A stretch of DNA of 64,000 nt from Octopus vulgaris (GCA_951406725.2 OX597818.1:99634001-99698000); one strand, 5' to 3'. Shown: positions 29,041 to 43,275, counted from the stretch's first letter. The notes: generated from the sequence alone by a model not told the origin. Numbers and translations are program-made.

Positions 29041-29262
29041 GTAGAGGTCGTAGTCTTAGTATTAGCAGCAGTTATTTCTGCCGCATTAATATACAACTGT
29101 TTGCAATTGCACAAACTACATCAGCTGCTGCTGTTGTTGCAGAAGATATTCTTCCCAGAGCTGAGACTGCAATCGATTCTGCTGTTGAGGGTTCTACTGT
29201 CATTCCTAGAGCTGACGCTTTCTTTTGAGCAAGGCATGACTGACACAACATTTTATTTCACG

Positions 29263-29301
29263 TCTCAGATTTCAGGTATTATGCAAACCTGAAATCTGAG
29301 A
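29263..29301. other. Perfect 15-bp hairpin with 9-nt loop
   Basis: tctcagatttcaggt-attatgcaa-acctgaaatctgaga. Confidence 0.85.
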
Positions 29302-31955
29302 GAACGGAAGTTAACAATCTGTTAACTCTTAGAAATGAATGAACTTCAGAGATTTTCCTCAAGAAGGAAGCAAGAGTCCTCGAAATCGTTGCTATAACTA
29401 TTGATAAAATATAGTAAGACAGAAGATGTGATTTAAGCAGCCTCTTTTTCCGGCATCGATTCTTCATCGAAAGGAGTTAACTTTATGTATAACGCCTGGG
29501 TATTAGGAATTAATGAATCTTACAACACACCCAAGTATCCATAATTGTACCAACGCAAATGGATTGACATGATCAGTCTAACGTACTACAAACGCTGTTG
29601 CACATACACGCACAATCTCTCTCTCTTTCTCTCTGTCTTTTTCAATTGCCACTTCAAATACTGCCTATCCTGTAGCGACAGCAGAAGCCCCATCAGAAAT
29701 TACTAGTTGTATCTCACCTCTACTCAAGACCACCAAACTCATCTCTATGTTCTCTTATAACACACAATCGCCTGTTGCTCGCAGCGCTCACTGTAACTTA
29801 TTCATTCAAACCTTCTTATGCAGTAGAATTTCCATCTCGCCCACTTCTAGACATCGACTTCCCAAAGCTTAAACCAAATATCAACTATTATCAATGTCCC
29901 CAGCCTCACAGGGATTACAAAGGTCATGTGTGCTACGATATTCCTTTGATAGAACCATAACGAAAACTGTTCTCTTACTTCTGTTACAGTTGTTAAAAAC
30001 ATTTTATCTTGAAGTGACTGAAGGTAAAATATTGCAGTGAATAAGCAGAGTCTATTGTAATATATATTGGTGAACTTCAAGAAAGGTGAGAAATTCATGG
30101 AGGCAATATGTGAACTTAGAATAGATGGATGGAACTAATCATTCTAAGAACTTTAATCTGACAGTTCTGACATTTAATTGCTCTTGAAATTGGCGAAACA
30201 ATTGCTTTTTCATATTTTCGAAGTCTATTGTTTATTATTGTTGTTGCTGTTATTTTGAAATTAATTTTGTTATTATTAACACTTTTGAAGCTGCCAATGT
30301 TGTTATTGTTGCTTCTGTGTCCAGCTAATTTTGTAAGGTTTGAAATCAATAAGGCTTATATATTTATTATGTTGTTTTCTATCCTTAGGTAAGCCGTGAT
30401 CGAGTAGGTCTATAACCAGAGGAGTCCCATGGTGAAGATTCATGGCATGATTAAAGGTATTTTTCTGCTATTTCTAGCAGATTAAGTTACTGCCTTATAG
30501 CGCACTCTGCCTTTTCCAGGTATTTTGTTTCTCTTCTTGGTATTAGAATTTGAATTTTCTCCTATGCCAAGCTGGCATTCTAGTTTCGATATCAACGCGT
30601 GATACGAGCAAGATGGTATATTAAGTTATATCCTTTTACGTTCATAGGTGAAAAATAGCGATGTTGAAGGGGTTACCTCCAGTATAAAATATTTTACCAT
30701 ATATGTGTTCGGTCGACCAGGACGAAATAGCAACCAAACCTGCCTCAGATCACAATCTATTGTCTTAAACAAAATGATGAAGAATATCGTCTTAGGCTCC
30801 CTTGTTGTTCTTCATTGAAATTAATGTTACTGCTGTAAATGAAGTAGTTATTGCCATTTTTGAAGCTATCATTGGTGCTATTGTTGCTATTGTTGTTAAA
30901 TTCGCGAGGATTGCAATTATTGCCTCTCACAGCATTCGATAATGTAGTGCTAGGGGGTTATACAACAACAACAGCAACAACAACAGCAAAAAGCCCCAAC
31001 AATAATCAGCTCATTTCAAACTATTTTTGAATCACTTAAAATTATATAAAAATTGTAAACTTCAATATTATACCTTTGCCGTTGTTAACGCTAGAAATTT
31101 TGTTGCTGTTGTTATGTTTTATATTCTTCCATGTTATTAAAGATGTTAACGCTGATGTTGATGTTGATTTAGCTATTGCTGTTGATATGTGCAGCATCAA
31201 ATACACCTATTATTCTTCCTGCTGTTAAAGCTGTTGCTCTTCATATTGAACTATCAAACACTATTTTCACCTAGTTTAACGTCTCTCGGTTACAATTACG
31301 GTCGAATAGAATTGAAAAATTAAAAAAAAAGCACATCAAATATTTCCACTTGAAAGTAGAGATTTAACATTTTATTAAGAGACTTATTATACCATCCATT
31401 ATCTCTCTCCACCCCCACTATGACTCTCGCCCTCCCCATCTCTCTACCTTTCTCGTTTATCTCACTCACGCACAACCTCTCGTTATCCATCTTTCACTCT
31501 ATATATCGCCATCACTTTTACTACGTCTATTTATCACTGACAATTGCCTTAGGCTTTCCTTTAATAATACTCACACATTAATCTCTCTCCTTTTCCCAAC
31601 AACGTTACATACTCTTTCCTTATATATATATGGATATATAAATTTATAGATACATGTATATACTATATGTACATACATATATATATATATATACATACAT
31701 ATATATATATATCTGGATATGTGGAGGTATGTATATACGTATATTATATATATACTTACACACACAGACACATATATTGCTGCTCATACGTATATGTATA
31801 TGTTATATGAGTGTATGTGTGTGTGTGTGTACACACATATAACATATACATATACGTGTGTGCAGCAATATGTGTGTGTGTAAGTATATATATATATACA
31901 TATATGTTATACATATATGCATACATACATACATGCTTATGTATATGTATATATA

Positions 31956-32363
31956 CTCTTTTACTCTTTTACTTGTTTCAGTCATGTGACTGCGGCCATG
32001 CTGGAGCACCGCCTTAAGTCGAGCAAATCGACCCCAGGACTTATTCTTTGTAAGCCTAGTACTTATTCTATCGGCTCTTTTGCCGAACCGCTAATTTACG
32101 GGGACGTAACACACCAGCATCGTTTGTCAAGCGATGTTGGGGGACAAACACAGGCGCACAAACATATACACACATATACATATATATATACAAATACATG
32201 ACGGGCTTCTTTCAGTTTCCGTCTGCCAAATCCACTCACAAGGCTTTGGGTGACCCGAGGTTATAGTAGAAGACACTTGCCCAAAGTGCCACGCAATGAG
32301 ACTGAACCCGGAACCATGCGGTTCATAAGCAAGCTACTTACCACATAGCCACTCATACTCCTA
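31956..32363 (-). mobile_element. SINE family B, full length
   Basis: Continuous match to the other B copies from tail repeat (ctctttta)2 to head gccactcatactccta. Confidence 0.93.
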
Positions 32364-32473
32364 CAATATAATTAAATTTGTATGTAAGTACAGGTGTGAA
32401 CAAAGGAAGAAAAGTAGCACTCAACACATTTAGTTAGAGTTTTAATATTTAATAACAGTTTAACTCAGGTCCT

Positions 32474-32523
32474 CATTACTTAATGTTTCGTGGGCACGTT
32501 GGACACATCCACCTCTTTAGATG
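32474..32523 (-). ncRNA. Decayed hammerhead-ribozyme-like motif
   Basis: Minus strand: cat-CTAAAGA-g-gtggatgtgt-cca-acgtgcccac-GAAAC-attaa-GTA-atg; G5 to A change in core, 10-bp stem II with GU pairs, 3-bp stem I. Confidence 0.6.
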
Positions 32524-32969
32524 TTCATAGCCATAAATACACACACACACACACGTACACACATATACTTCCCAATTATTAAATGTATATTATTTGTATC
32601 TGGTCTTTTGTTACTCTATATCTTCATCACGTCTCGCTACCCTTCTACCACCCCTTCTACTTCAATGGTTCTTTCCACTTCTGGCTATCCCCTCTACTCT
32701 CCTTTCTCTTTCAACCTTTATATTTGTAAGCACTGCTAGACAACTCGCATTTGCAGCTCTACATTTCAACAGCCAACTTACTTTTACACTCTTGTATGGA
32801 TTTGTTACCGGTCGCACACATATTATATCATGCACATATTACTTATGGATATTGTTATTATGTAAGTTAGGGCCATTTTGAAACAGCTGTTGAGATAAGA
32901 CTTTACATAATTTTTTCTTAATTTTATATGTATTGTGTTCTCCATATAAATATATATCGCAAGACTAAA

Positions 32970-33081
<112 letters not shown>

Positions 33082-33093
33082 GCTTATACATTA

Positions 33094-33129
33094 CTTTCTG
33101 TTGAAGAGCGTAGGCTCGAAACGTAAAAG
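33094..33129 (+). ncRNA. Minimal variant hammerhead-ribozyme-like motif in a ~140-bp insert between (TG)n and (TA)n
   Basis: cttt-CTGTTGA-a-GAGC-gtag-GCTC-GAAA-C-GTA-aaag; stems I and II fully paired, palindromic ACGT stem III. Confidence 0.65.
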
Positions 33130-33221
33130 ACGTTCTCACTTACCCGAGCGTCAAACTAATGCACCTGCTTGTTGTTCATACACCTTTCTTCGTATTTTGT
33201 TTCTTTTTGTAAATTTCAACG

Positions 33222-33259
<38 letters not shown>

Positions 33260-33452
33260 TGTGAAACCATTAAAGCATCTAAGCTTCTACAAATAAATCA
33301 TCTCAGTCACCCAGTGCATTTTTCAGCTGCGGTATAAAATAACTTTCTTCTCTCTCTGTCTCTGTCTGTCTCTGTCACTCTGTGTATGTATGTATGTATG
33401 TATGTATGTATGTATGTATGTATGTATGTATGTATGTATGTATGTATGTATG

Positions 33453-33509
<57 letters not shown>

Positions 33510-34188
33510 ATACATATATATATGTATATATATGCGTACATATGTACACATATACGCAAACATGAATTTATATTTATTCACATGACTCTAAATAACTAAG
33601 GCCTATAGTCACGTCCATGTGGATCATATTAAGGACACTCACACACAAACACTTTTAACTTTTAATCCTCGTAGTTTTACCATCATAGTCGTAGTAGCAG
33701 TAGTAATAGCAGCGGTAAATCGGAATACATGAATTAGAAGCGGACTGAAGTTATATAGCTTTCGTCGTTGCTTCATTTTCAAATTATACAGTGGGTTGTC
33801 GCTCTGCAAAACAAACTTTGTTTGGGAAGAGGCGATTATAAATATTTACACATAAAACGTGTTAAAGAGATAACTATTGGGAAATTGAAAAGGTTGGGTA
33901 TTTCCCTTATGCAATTATGGCCTCTGGACACGCTGCAAGACCTTTAACATCCTCATCTCTTTGCTGAGCCTGTTGACAGACCTTCCGTCAACAATTTTGT
34001 TTGCCAGCCATATTAGCAGCGTTGGTCAAACAGCTTCTCTACTTTCATATTCTAATAACTACGTTGGCTTCTGTTATTATTTTTAGCTTTAGTTAATATG
34101 TGCTACTGCTTTGATTCCTCTTTCACTTTTCAAATTGATAATCTGCTATTTTTGATTTTTTAAAATTATTATTATTATTATTATTATT

Positions 34189-34253
34189 CAGTAGTTTTAT
34201 TTTTATTTTTATAGCGTGCTTTCACTTCACTACCGAGCACAGCTCTGTGTGCC
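34189..34253 (-). mobile_element. 65-bp insert splitting a (TTA)n tract, probably a 5'-truncated retroelement tail
   Basis: Non-repetitive sequence flanked on both sides by (tta)n; minus strand ends ...aaaataaaactactg-(aat)n. Confidence 0.55.
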
Positions 34254-34308
<55 letters not shown>

Positions 34309-34432
34309 GCATTTGTGTGCATTCTACTGTGATTAAATGCTTGATATCTTCTTCTTACAAAGTATGAAGATTAAGGAGTATTAGGTTGACGATGCTCTCA
34401 ACGGTGACGATGATAATGACAACAACAACAAC

Positions 34433-34464
<32 letters not shown>

Positions 34465-35018
34465 TAATAATAACTACAACAACAATAATAATAATAATAA
34501 TGATAATAATAATATGGGTAATGATAATAATAGTGATAATAATTTGATGTATATCAAAGTAGTTTTTAATATGAAAGTATATTTATTTTTCGCACCATTA
34601 AACAATATTAATATGAAGTTTATTAAAACTTATAATAGTTATTTTAGGCAAGAAGTTTTTGACCTTGCTGGAAATGAGTTTAGTTTTGTTGGATCGCTAG
34701 ATTTACGTAACCCAACCTGTAGCTCACTGTTTCTCTGTTGTAATGTAATAACGTAATACATACACAGAATGGAATATAAAGAGCTTCTCTCTATAAGTTA
34801 AATTTCCATCATATTACATCATGAATATTAAAAATAAAACCAAATGATAATATTAGACAATGTTGTACTAGGGATACAAATTCATGACGATTATGATCTT
34901 GCCTTGAGATCTCAAGTTCTGATAGAGCCTTAGGGGCTCCGTCGTATCACACAGCGTGTCTAAAGTAATGGTTGCTATAGTACTCTAGATCTAATCAGAG
35001 CAGAATTCTTCCAGAAGG

Positions 35019-35057
<39 letters not shown>

Positions 35058-35739
35058 AGGAGGGCAACGAGAAAATGAGAGCACAAGATTGAAAGATAAA
35101 CAGAAATAAATAAATAGAAAAAGCAAGACAAGAATCGACCTAAGTATCAGAGTGGTACTCTTCATTTATCTGCCACAAAGGAATTAAACATTTTCTATAT
35201 CATTCTGCAAGGTTCTAACGACTTGACCAAATGACCTGCCGCCTATCAATGAAGGAAAACTTTATAAAAAAATAAAAGGCAATTTGATACATTTAATACA
35301 TTCAAGTTTATGCAAATAATTGTCTGATACCAACAATTGCATAATAGTACATCTGTTTCGTTTGACTAGCCACAAGAGCTTTGCATTTTAAAGACAAGCC
35401 ATATCGTAACGTTCGTATATTTACCAAGAGTATTAGTGTTGTGTGAAGTGAAATACTTCCATTGAGACCTGGTGCTACTTTTGATTACGCGAGAGTTTAT
35501 TTCTAGTTTTGTAAGTAATATTGATTTTGCTTGAGTAAAATGTTATGGTTTGAAACGAACAAGGGGCAGTTAAGTGAACCAAAGGAGCGGATCACAACTG
35601 CAGTCATTTATGAACTCACACCCAAAACGAAAGAAGCTAAATACTTTGATGCATTTAATCTGGTGCCTGACAGGTTCCATCTTTTACAATATTCGGGAAA
35701 ATTGAAAAATGAAATTAAAAATTATTTCATATATATATG

Positions 35740-35827
35740 TAAGAAACTACGTAGGTTTCACAGAAAACCAAGTTTATTGTAAATATATTATTGGGTGTAT
35801 TTTTCTCCTAGGTTTATACGCTGTTTC

Positions 35828-35828
<1 letters not shown>
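35740..35828 (-). mobile_element. Probable Penelope-like 3' tail beginning at the 3' half of a hammerhead
   Basis: Minus strand: (at)n-cGAAACagcGTAtaaac...caataaac...-(at)n. Confidence 0.4.
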
Positions 35829-35866
<38 letters not shown>

Positions 35867-35907
35867 TATATATAAACAGATATATATATATATATATATA
35901 TACATAC

Positions 35908-35964
<57 letters not shown>

Positions 35965-36029
35965 CAGAGATATATATACATACATATATGTACATACCCA
36001 CATATACATGTATATATACATGCATATAT

Positions 36030-36230
36030 GGGTACAGGACATCGAAAAACACTGAACACAACGAGAAACAAAAACACAGATACGAATCTTTCTCTCGAAC
36101 AACGAAAAAAACAAACAGAGAAAAGAGACATACAACATAAAGAATATTCCCCTTTTTCACTTGCCCCTGTTTCATCTACTCCGCGTAAGGAAGGCAAGGA
36201 CAAGACGCGACTTCGTTGAAACAGTCCTTG
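36030..36230 (-). mobile_element. Probable retroelement terminal fragment abutting (TA)n
   Basis: T-rich tail on the minus strand running into the microsatellite; same architecture as other inserts, no intact motif. Confidence 0.3.
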
Positions 36231-37454
36231 TAACTGAACGGACTTGTGAAGGCAGTGGCTGTCGTCGTGATCATCTTGTCTTTTATTTATCAGGAAGTAC
36301 GTTATCTTATATAACCGTTATTTTAGGTTGTAAGGTGTGATTTGAGGGGAATATAGTAGCTATTTCTAATATGTCAGACGACTATCTAGAAGCTTGTATT
36401 ATACCTTGTACAATACCAAGATGCGCCAACATACACGGGTGGGGAAAAATTTAGTTGACGAGCAACAGGGTAGGCACACAAACGATACTCTCGTATACCA
36501 GAAAACAAATCTCTCTCCATCTGTCTCTCTCTTTTACATATCCCTTCTCTCTTTCTCTTTCTCAGCTTCTCACACTTTCTGTTTCCTGTCTTCAAAGATA
36601 CAGTTGGTCTAAGAGTCGATGTGCAGTACGAGTTACGTATATTTCATTACATAAGATTGGTGTAAAGAATGGAGTAAATTAAAGGATAGAAAATGAAACG
36701 TAATGAAAGAAAGAGCTGGCAGCATATATACTTCCTACATAAGCTCCATTATAATAGGGATTGCATATTTCATTCAATTAAAGCATGATTATGGCTTAGA
36801 ATAAAAAAGGAAAGAAGCTTTACAGTAAATAAGAAGATTTTATAGCAGTACAGCTTTTGTGAGCCGAAATGATGTTTGCTATTGTAGAAACATATCTCCA
36901 TTGGAGACACAAGAACTACATTATTCTTCATATTCTCTGTTGACAAAACATAAACAGAGAACTCGATTGCTGAAACAATGTTTGTACAATGAGAAATGTG
37001 TTTGCCTTGTTGGATAGCTTTCTCTTCTATGAATTATATGCTTTTTTCTTTAAAAAAAAACAGAAATCTAGTGTGACATTATTGCTGGGTGTTTTTAGCA
37101 ATCAACATTCGTTACACATGAACATGAAGGGAATTCTGACCTTATATATTTTCCAGAGAAATATTTATGAATATATATATATATAAATATATATAGAGTT
37201 GTAAATGATTCTATTACAAACTATTAACTTAATATTATCCAGTGTATTTAGCAAACATGTGCGCACGCGCAATCGATCCTCTCTCCGTCTTTTTCACTTT
37301 CTCTCTATCTATGCTCTTGGATCCTTTTCTCTCATTCACTATATCACTCTATTTTTTCTCTCCCACATTTATTGAGTATATGGATATATACGTGTACGCA
37401 TGTGTATATGTGTATGAATTGGTGCAACTATGCAAGTGTGCAAATATATATACT

Positions 37455-37515
<61 letters not shown>

Positions 37516-38219
37516 ATATATATATATATATATACATATACATTTAAATGCGCAAATAGCAACCCTTTCGTTGAACATCACGTTCGATTTGGCGGGCATC
37601 ACTAAGTGGTCACTGTATTTCTTGTCAAGAAAATATTAATGAAATATAAGTTCTATGCTGCAAGACATAGGTCAAGTTTATAATGCAGCTACTATTCCAT
37701 AATATGGGACAATTTCTCCCTGTGATTTATACAGGCAGTGTTAATTAAAGCTTTAGGATTTCTAATCTTTTTTTTATGTCTAACGTAAGTGCTCAGCGAA
37801 TTGCTTGAGTCATTAGCCTAGTTGATTAGAACCGTTCCTATTTTTTAATCCGAATATCTGCAATTTGAGTTCAAATCCCGCCGATGCATTTCAAGTCGAT
37901 AAAAAAGTAAAAATCTAGATGGATTGACAGAGGAAAAACTTTTGGTCGGTTGGTAAATTTTCTTTGCCGTGGCTGTCTCGGTTCTTTGCCTTTTGACAGT
38001 AATGATACTAAGTCGACGGTCTTTCTACAGGTTAAATTTCAATGTCGTGAAGAGGAGACTAGGGAGCATAGGTAACCACTAGTCTTCCTAAAACCTTTTT
38101 TGGTCAGACAAACGCAGTTGTATAGTGAAACTTGTCGAACCATCGCACATTAAGTGTTGTTGGATATGTGTTTCATCTTTTCAAATTAAGCAAATACATA
38201 CATATAAACATAGGCACAC

Positions 38220-38342
38220 ATGTATGTATGTATGTATGTATGTATGTATGTATGTATGTATGTATGTATGTATGTATGTATGTATGTATGTATGTATGTA
38301 TGTATCTATCTATCTATCTATCTGTAGAAATACATATGGAAA

Positions 38343-38415
<73 letters not shown>

Positions 38416-38515
38416 ATTATCTCACTCTCCCTCCCTTTCTCTATCTGTCTATCTATCAATCTATCTATCAATCTATCTATCTATCTATGAATCTATCTAT
38501 CTGTTTATCTATCTA
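38220..38515. repeat. (TATG)n/(TA)n/(TCTA)n microsatellite
   Basis: Direct reading. Confidence 0.93.
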
Positions 38516-40518
38516 CATACTGCCTGTACTTAAGGATTTATGTTATGGATATGTTGCTCTTGTCAGCTTGAATATAAACGGTAATTCACTCAAATTTCAT
38601 GTGCAACAGATAAATGAATAAATAAAGCAATATAAAATTAAAATAAAACAACCAAAAACAAATCATTTTTGTGATATAATAGAAAGGCAAAGAAGAAAAA
38701 CAAACATTAACATCGAAGAAATAATACATATATAAAACAGCCAAAAAAAAAAGGAAAACAAAAACAGGATAAATATATTTAATAAATGCATCGTTCATAA
38801 CCCGTTCCAAAATGTCTGGCGCCATTTAAAGTAGAGGCAGAAGCTTTAACATCATAAGCAAACTGACCCGTGGTATATTTAGGCGCGAACCTCGGAGCAT
38901 TGAGTGATAGGGTGTGATGGAGGTTACCACAGAGTTTAGATGTCATAATACGATCATTACGGTTGTTTTTGTCGTCGCCATCGACTTTCTGGATGATAAT
39001 GATGAGGAGAAGGAAGAGGAGAATAATGATTGATCAGTCATCATTAATGCGGTAGCTGTTGTTGTTGTTGTTGTTGTGATGTTGTTGTTATTGTTATTGT
39101 TGCTTATATTACTTTCCCCGTTGCTCGTCTCATCATTCTTTTCTGTCATTGTTGTTGCTCTCGTTGCCATGGTGTAAGTAGTTTGTGGTTGTTACTGCTG
39201 TTGGATATACGTTCTTGCTGCTATTTTGTTCTTTTTTTTGTTTTTCCTATAGTTTTCTTATTTAGTTATTTTTGCTCTGTTTTTTTTATGTATATGTATT
39301 GCCGTTGTTTAGCCCTAGGTCTTTCGTGAATGGGAAACGCATGAGAATTTTTGCATAGTTCGTGTTTTTGCTTATTGTTAGTTTCTTTGTACAACAGTTT
39401 TTAAGAGAATGATGAGCGAATCCCAGACATTAAAAATGCACTTAATTCAAGTAATTTTTTTATACGCTTATAATAGTAACAGAAACAACTAAAAGATACG
39501 CGCTGCTAAAAAAAGTAAGATAAAAAACCAGACGTAATAAACCTCGTTATCGCATTCTACATTTTACAACAAACTCCAGCTGCAAGAAGTTAATTTTATT
39601 TATTTATATAATTATATGTCTATATGTTTTAATTTCTCTTTTTTTTATTAATTCTATTTGCTGAAAGATTCACTGATAAAGTGTAAATCCAGAAACATTG
39701 ATATAAAGAGATGGAAAAAAAGCTAATCGGAAAATATACATCAAATCATCAGACAATATATATATCTCGTCAAAAAAGGAAGCACAGCATAAAGATTTTG
39801 AAATTTATGCCAGGTTTTGTATTCTGTGATGATCTCGCCAGGTGATATCATATTCAGAACATAGAAAGAAACCATCCCCAAAAGACAAACCTTTTTCACG
39901 GCTAGAAAGTTCCGCGTTCCGAGCAGTGATTGACAATCCACAAGGCTCAACAATAGAGGACTGCTTCTATTTCGTCTCTACTGCTACAGTTGTCGCTGTT
40001 CTTATTGAAACTGTGCATACAAACATCGTATATTGCAACCACCAGAAATTTATGCGACTGTTTAACAACGTCTCACAGTCATACTACTAAGTCTGGTTCG
40101 TAGACATGATGTTTTCCCTCTCTTCTTCTTCTATTTCTGATACAAGGGTCTTCTCTAGCAGCCAGTATACCGATCAACAGGTCAATGGCTATAACTGCTC
40201 TCTAAATAAAATTAAAAAAATCTGAGATGTAGAGGGTGGAGAGATTTAATCTGGTAGGAAATTGGAAATAAAACCTTTGAATTGCGTCTTCCATATTAGT
40301 CTCGGAAAAAAACCCCACCGGGTATACTCAAGACCGGAACGTCATTGATCAATTGTTTGCATGTTCAGAGCCTTCCTGAGGGCTATAAATATCATCATCA
40401 TCATCAACAACAGCAACAACAACAACAACAACAACAACAGCAGCAGCAGCAGCAGCAATAACAACAAAAGTAGCGTTCAGCCTGCTTAACGTCATGTTAA
40501 TCTCCATGATAATGGGCT

Positions 40519-40942
40519 CTAATTTAGGAACAAAACCAGCATGTTTAAGAGGAGGAGATTAGCAGATTCCAGGACTTCACTGGTATTGTATTCTATCGAA
40601 CCTGGAGGGACGAGAGGTAAAGCTGATCTCGGCAGAATTTCAATTATGAACTTTAACAGTCGGAACAAATACTGCAAAGAAAATTTTTCCGATTCTTCCA
40701 ACCCACCGCTCTGCCAACATGTACAATGATTATCAATGTTTTCAAATTTTGGCACAAGGCCAGCAACTTTAGGGGAAGTGGATTAGTTAGTTAGATTGAA
40801 TCTCTGATATCTACTTTATGGATCCCAAAATGATGAAAAGAAAAGTCAGCCTTGACGGAATTTGAACTCAGAACATAAACAAAGGGTTAAATGCTGCTTA
40901 GAATTTTACCCGACGTGTAATCCCATTCTCCCAGCTCACCGC
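40519..40942 (-). mobile_element. Two tandem diverged SINE family C copies (about 40519-40712, 40738-40942)
   Basis: ggcacaaggccagc tail, gatgaaaagaaaagtcagccttgacggaatttgaactcagaac, attctcccagctcaccgc. Confidence 0.72.
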
Positions 40943-41341
40943 TCTGCGAACCTCTCTAATAAGGGTAATAAAAGCATATATTTTCTAATTTCTGTAACTT
41001 AGCCCACATGTTGTGAGCCTATTCTCAGGATCTGAATAAAACTTTACTCTATGCCGGAGTTATTAACATACGTTTGATAAAGAATGTATTGATTAGTACG
41101 TCCCCAAAAGTATTAAGAAATCTCTCAACATTATCATCATGTCTTACAAAGGAAGCGAACGACTTCTTTTTTATGGATTCAGAAAGTTATTTTCTAAATC
41201 CGAGATAGAATAATCTAAGCATCTTGCTTAACTTTACAGTTCTCCGAAACAATTCTTTGATTGGTTAATAGAGAATTAGCAAGGTAATGTAAAAGCTATG
41301 TAGTTCTTCGAAAACCTTTCTACAATTATGGCCAAAATTTC

Positions 41342-41372
<31 letters not shown>

Positions 41373-42415
41373 TTCCTTCCTTTCCTTCGTTTGTTTGTTT
41401 CTTTCTTTCCTTTCTTTCTTTCTTTCTTTCTTTCTTTCCTTCTTTTGACTGCCTCCTTTCTTTCTTTTGACTACCTCATTTCTTTCTTTTCCATTTTCAT
41501 TCTTCTTGTTTTATTCTTTCATTTCTTCCTTCTTTTCCTTTTTTCGTTCTTTCTTTGCTTCTCCATTTCATTCATGTTACTTTCTTCTAAGCGTTTCTTT
41601 CCTTCAATTTCCTTCCATTGTTCATGTCTTCATTCTCTCATTCATTCTTTCATCCAACCCTTTCAGTCAGCCAATCTTTCACCATTTAATACGACTACTA
41701 CCATATTTTTCTCATTCCATTCTTTCCTTTATTCATGCTTTCATCCTTCTCCACACCCACTCACTATAAATTTAAACAACAACACCATAACTTACCTTTC
41801 TGTAACTTTGAAGTTTTATCTGCACATTATACAAAGAACATTCACTTACCTACAAAAGAAAGAAAAACAAAACCTACATTACAAAACTGAACAAAAATCA
41901 TTTATCGATGACTACTCATTATAAATTTGGTAGAAGGCGTGGAATAGCAGAAACGTGAAAAGATGGATTAAATAATTTACATAATTTCATTTGTGTTCTC
42001 TTTCTCTTTTCCTAAATAAAATCCTACTCGAATGGTTTCATGGCTCTATGCCTCGAAATACAAACACCATAAATGTAATGAAATTCATACAATACATTTT
42101 ATCATCGTCTGACAAACAGTTGGTTTTGTGCCGAAGTAGGATTTTTATACTGAGAATTGATAGCTCCCTTTTGCATAACGCTACTAGCTTTGTAAAGCCA
42201 AAATGTAGATTTCATTGAATCAAATACAGTATATCACTGTTTGTTGGTAGTAGGAAATATGAAAAGCGGTAGGATTTTAAATTTACCGTCTAACTAAACG
42301 GAATATCGTTTTTCTCTTTTGCAATATCACATGTATGTATGTATGTATGTATGTATGTATGTATGTATGTATGTATGTATGTATGTATGCATGTATATAT
42401 GAATATATTTATTTA

Positions 42416-42639
42416 TTCTTTTATTCTTTTACTTGTTTCAGTCATTTGACTGCGGCCATGCTGGAGGACCACATTTAGTCGAACAAATCGACCCCAGGAT
42501 TTATACTTTCTAAGCCTAGTACTTATTCTAACGGTTTCTTTTGCCGAAAAGCTAAGGTTTCAGGGACGTAAACACACCAACATCAATTTGGCAAGCGATG
42601 GTAGGGGGAAAAACACAGACACATGAATACAAATATATA

Positions 42640-42698
<59 letters not shown>

Positions 42699-42903
42699 CC
42701 AAATATATATATATATATATATATATATAACCAAATATATATATATATAACCAAATATATATATATATAAACCACTCACAAAGCTTTGGTCGGCCCGAGG
42801 CTATAGTAGGAGACACTTGTCCATGGTGCCACCCAGTGGGACTGAACCCGGATCCATGTGGATAGGAAGCAAGCTTCTTACAACACAGCCACTCCTGCGC
42901 CTA
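42416..42903 (-). mobile_element. SINE family B with internal segment replaced by (ataaccaaat(at)n)x3
   Basis: Tail and head match other B copies; gccactcctgcgccta at the end. Confidence 0.9.
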
Positions 42904-42995
42904 TATGCATGTATGTATGTGCATATATATGCATGTGTAAAAAACAAGCAATCTATCTATGTGTGCATATATATATGTATATATATATATATATG

Positions 42996-43036
<41 letters not shown>

Positions 43037-43078
43037 CAATAATAATTCTCTAAATGAGATATAGACAGTGACTGCTCC

Positions 43079-43244
43079 ATAATATAAGGGATATTAGCCA
43101 ACTGAATATGGCTAGGGACAGGGCAGGGTGGTGGGGGTGTCACTGTTGCATTTAGCCCCAGATGTTCGCCTGGGGCTAAATGCAACAGTGACACCCCCAC
43201 CACCCTGCCCTGTCCCTAGCCATATTCAGTTGGCTAATATCCCT

Positions 43245-43252
<8 letters not shown>
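43079..43252. repeat. Perfect 83-bp inverted repeat with 8-nt loop
   Basis: Arms 43079-43161 and 43170-43252 read as exact reverse complements; loop atgttcgc. Confidence 0.95.

Positions 43253-43275
<23 letters not shown>

Noticed and set aside
41328-41924. 198-aa Phe/Leu/Ser-rich membrane-like ORF (also 60725-61348)
   Set aside because: Derived from pyrimidine-rich (CTTT)n and (CT)n low-complexity tracts.
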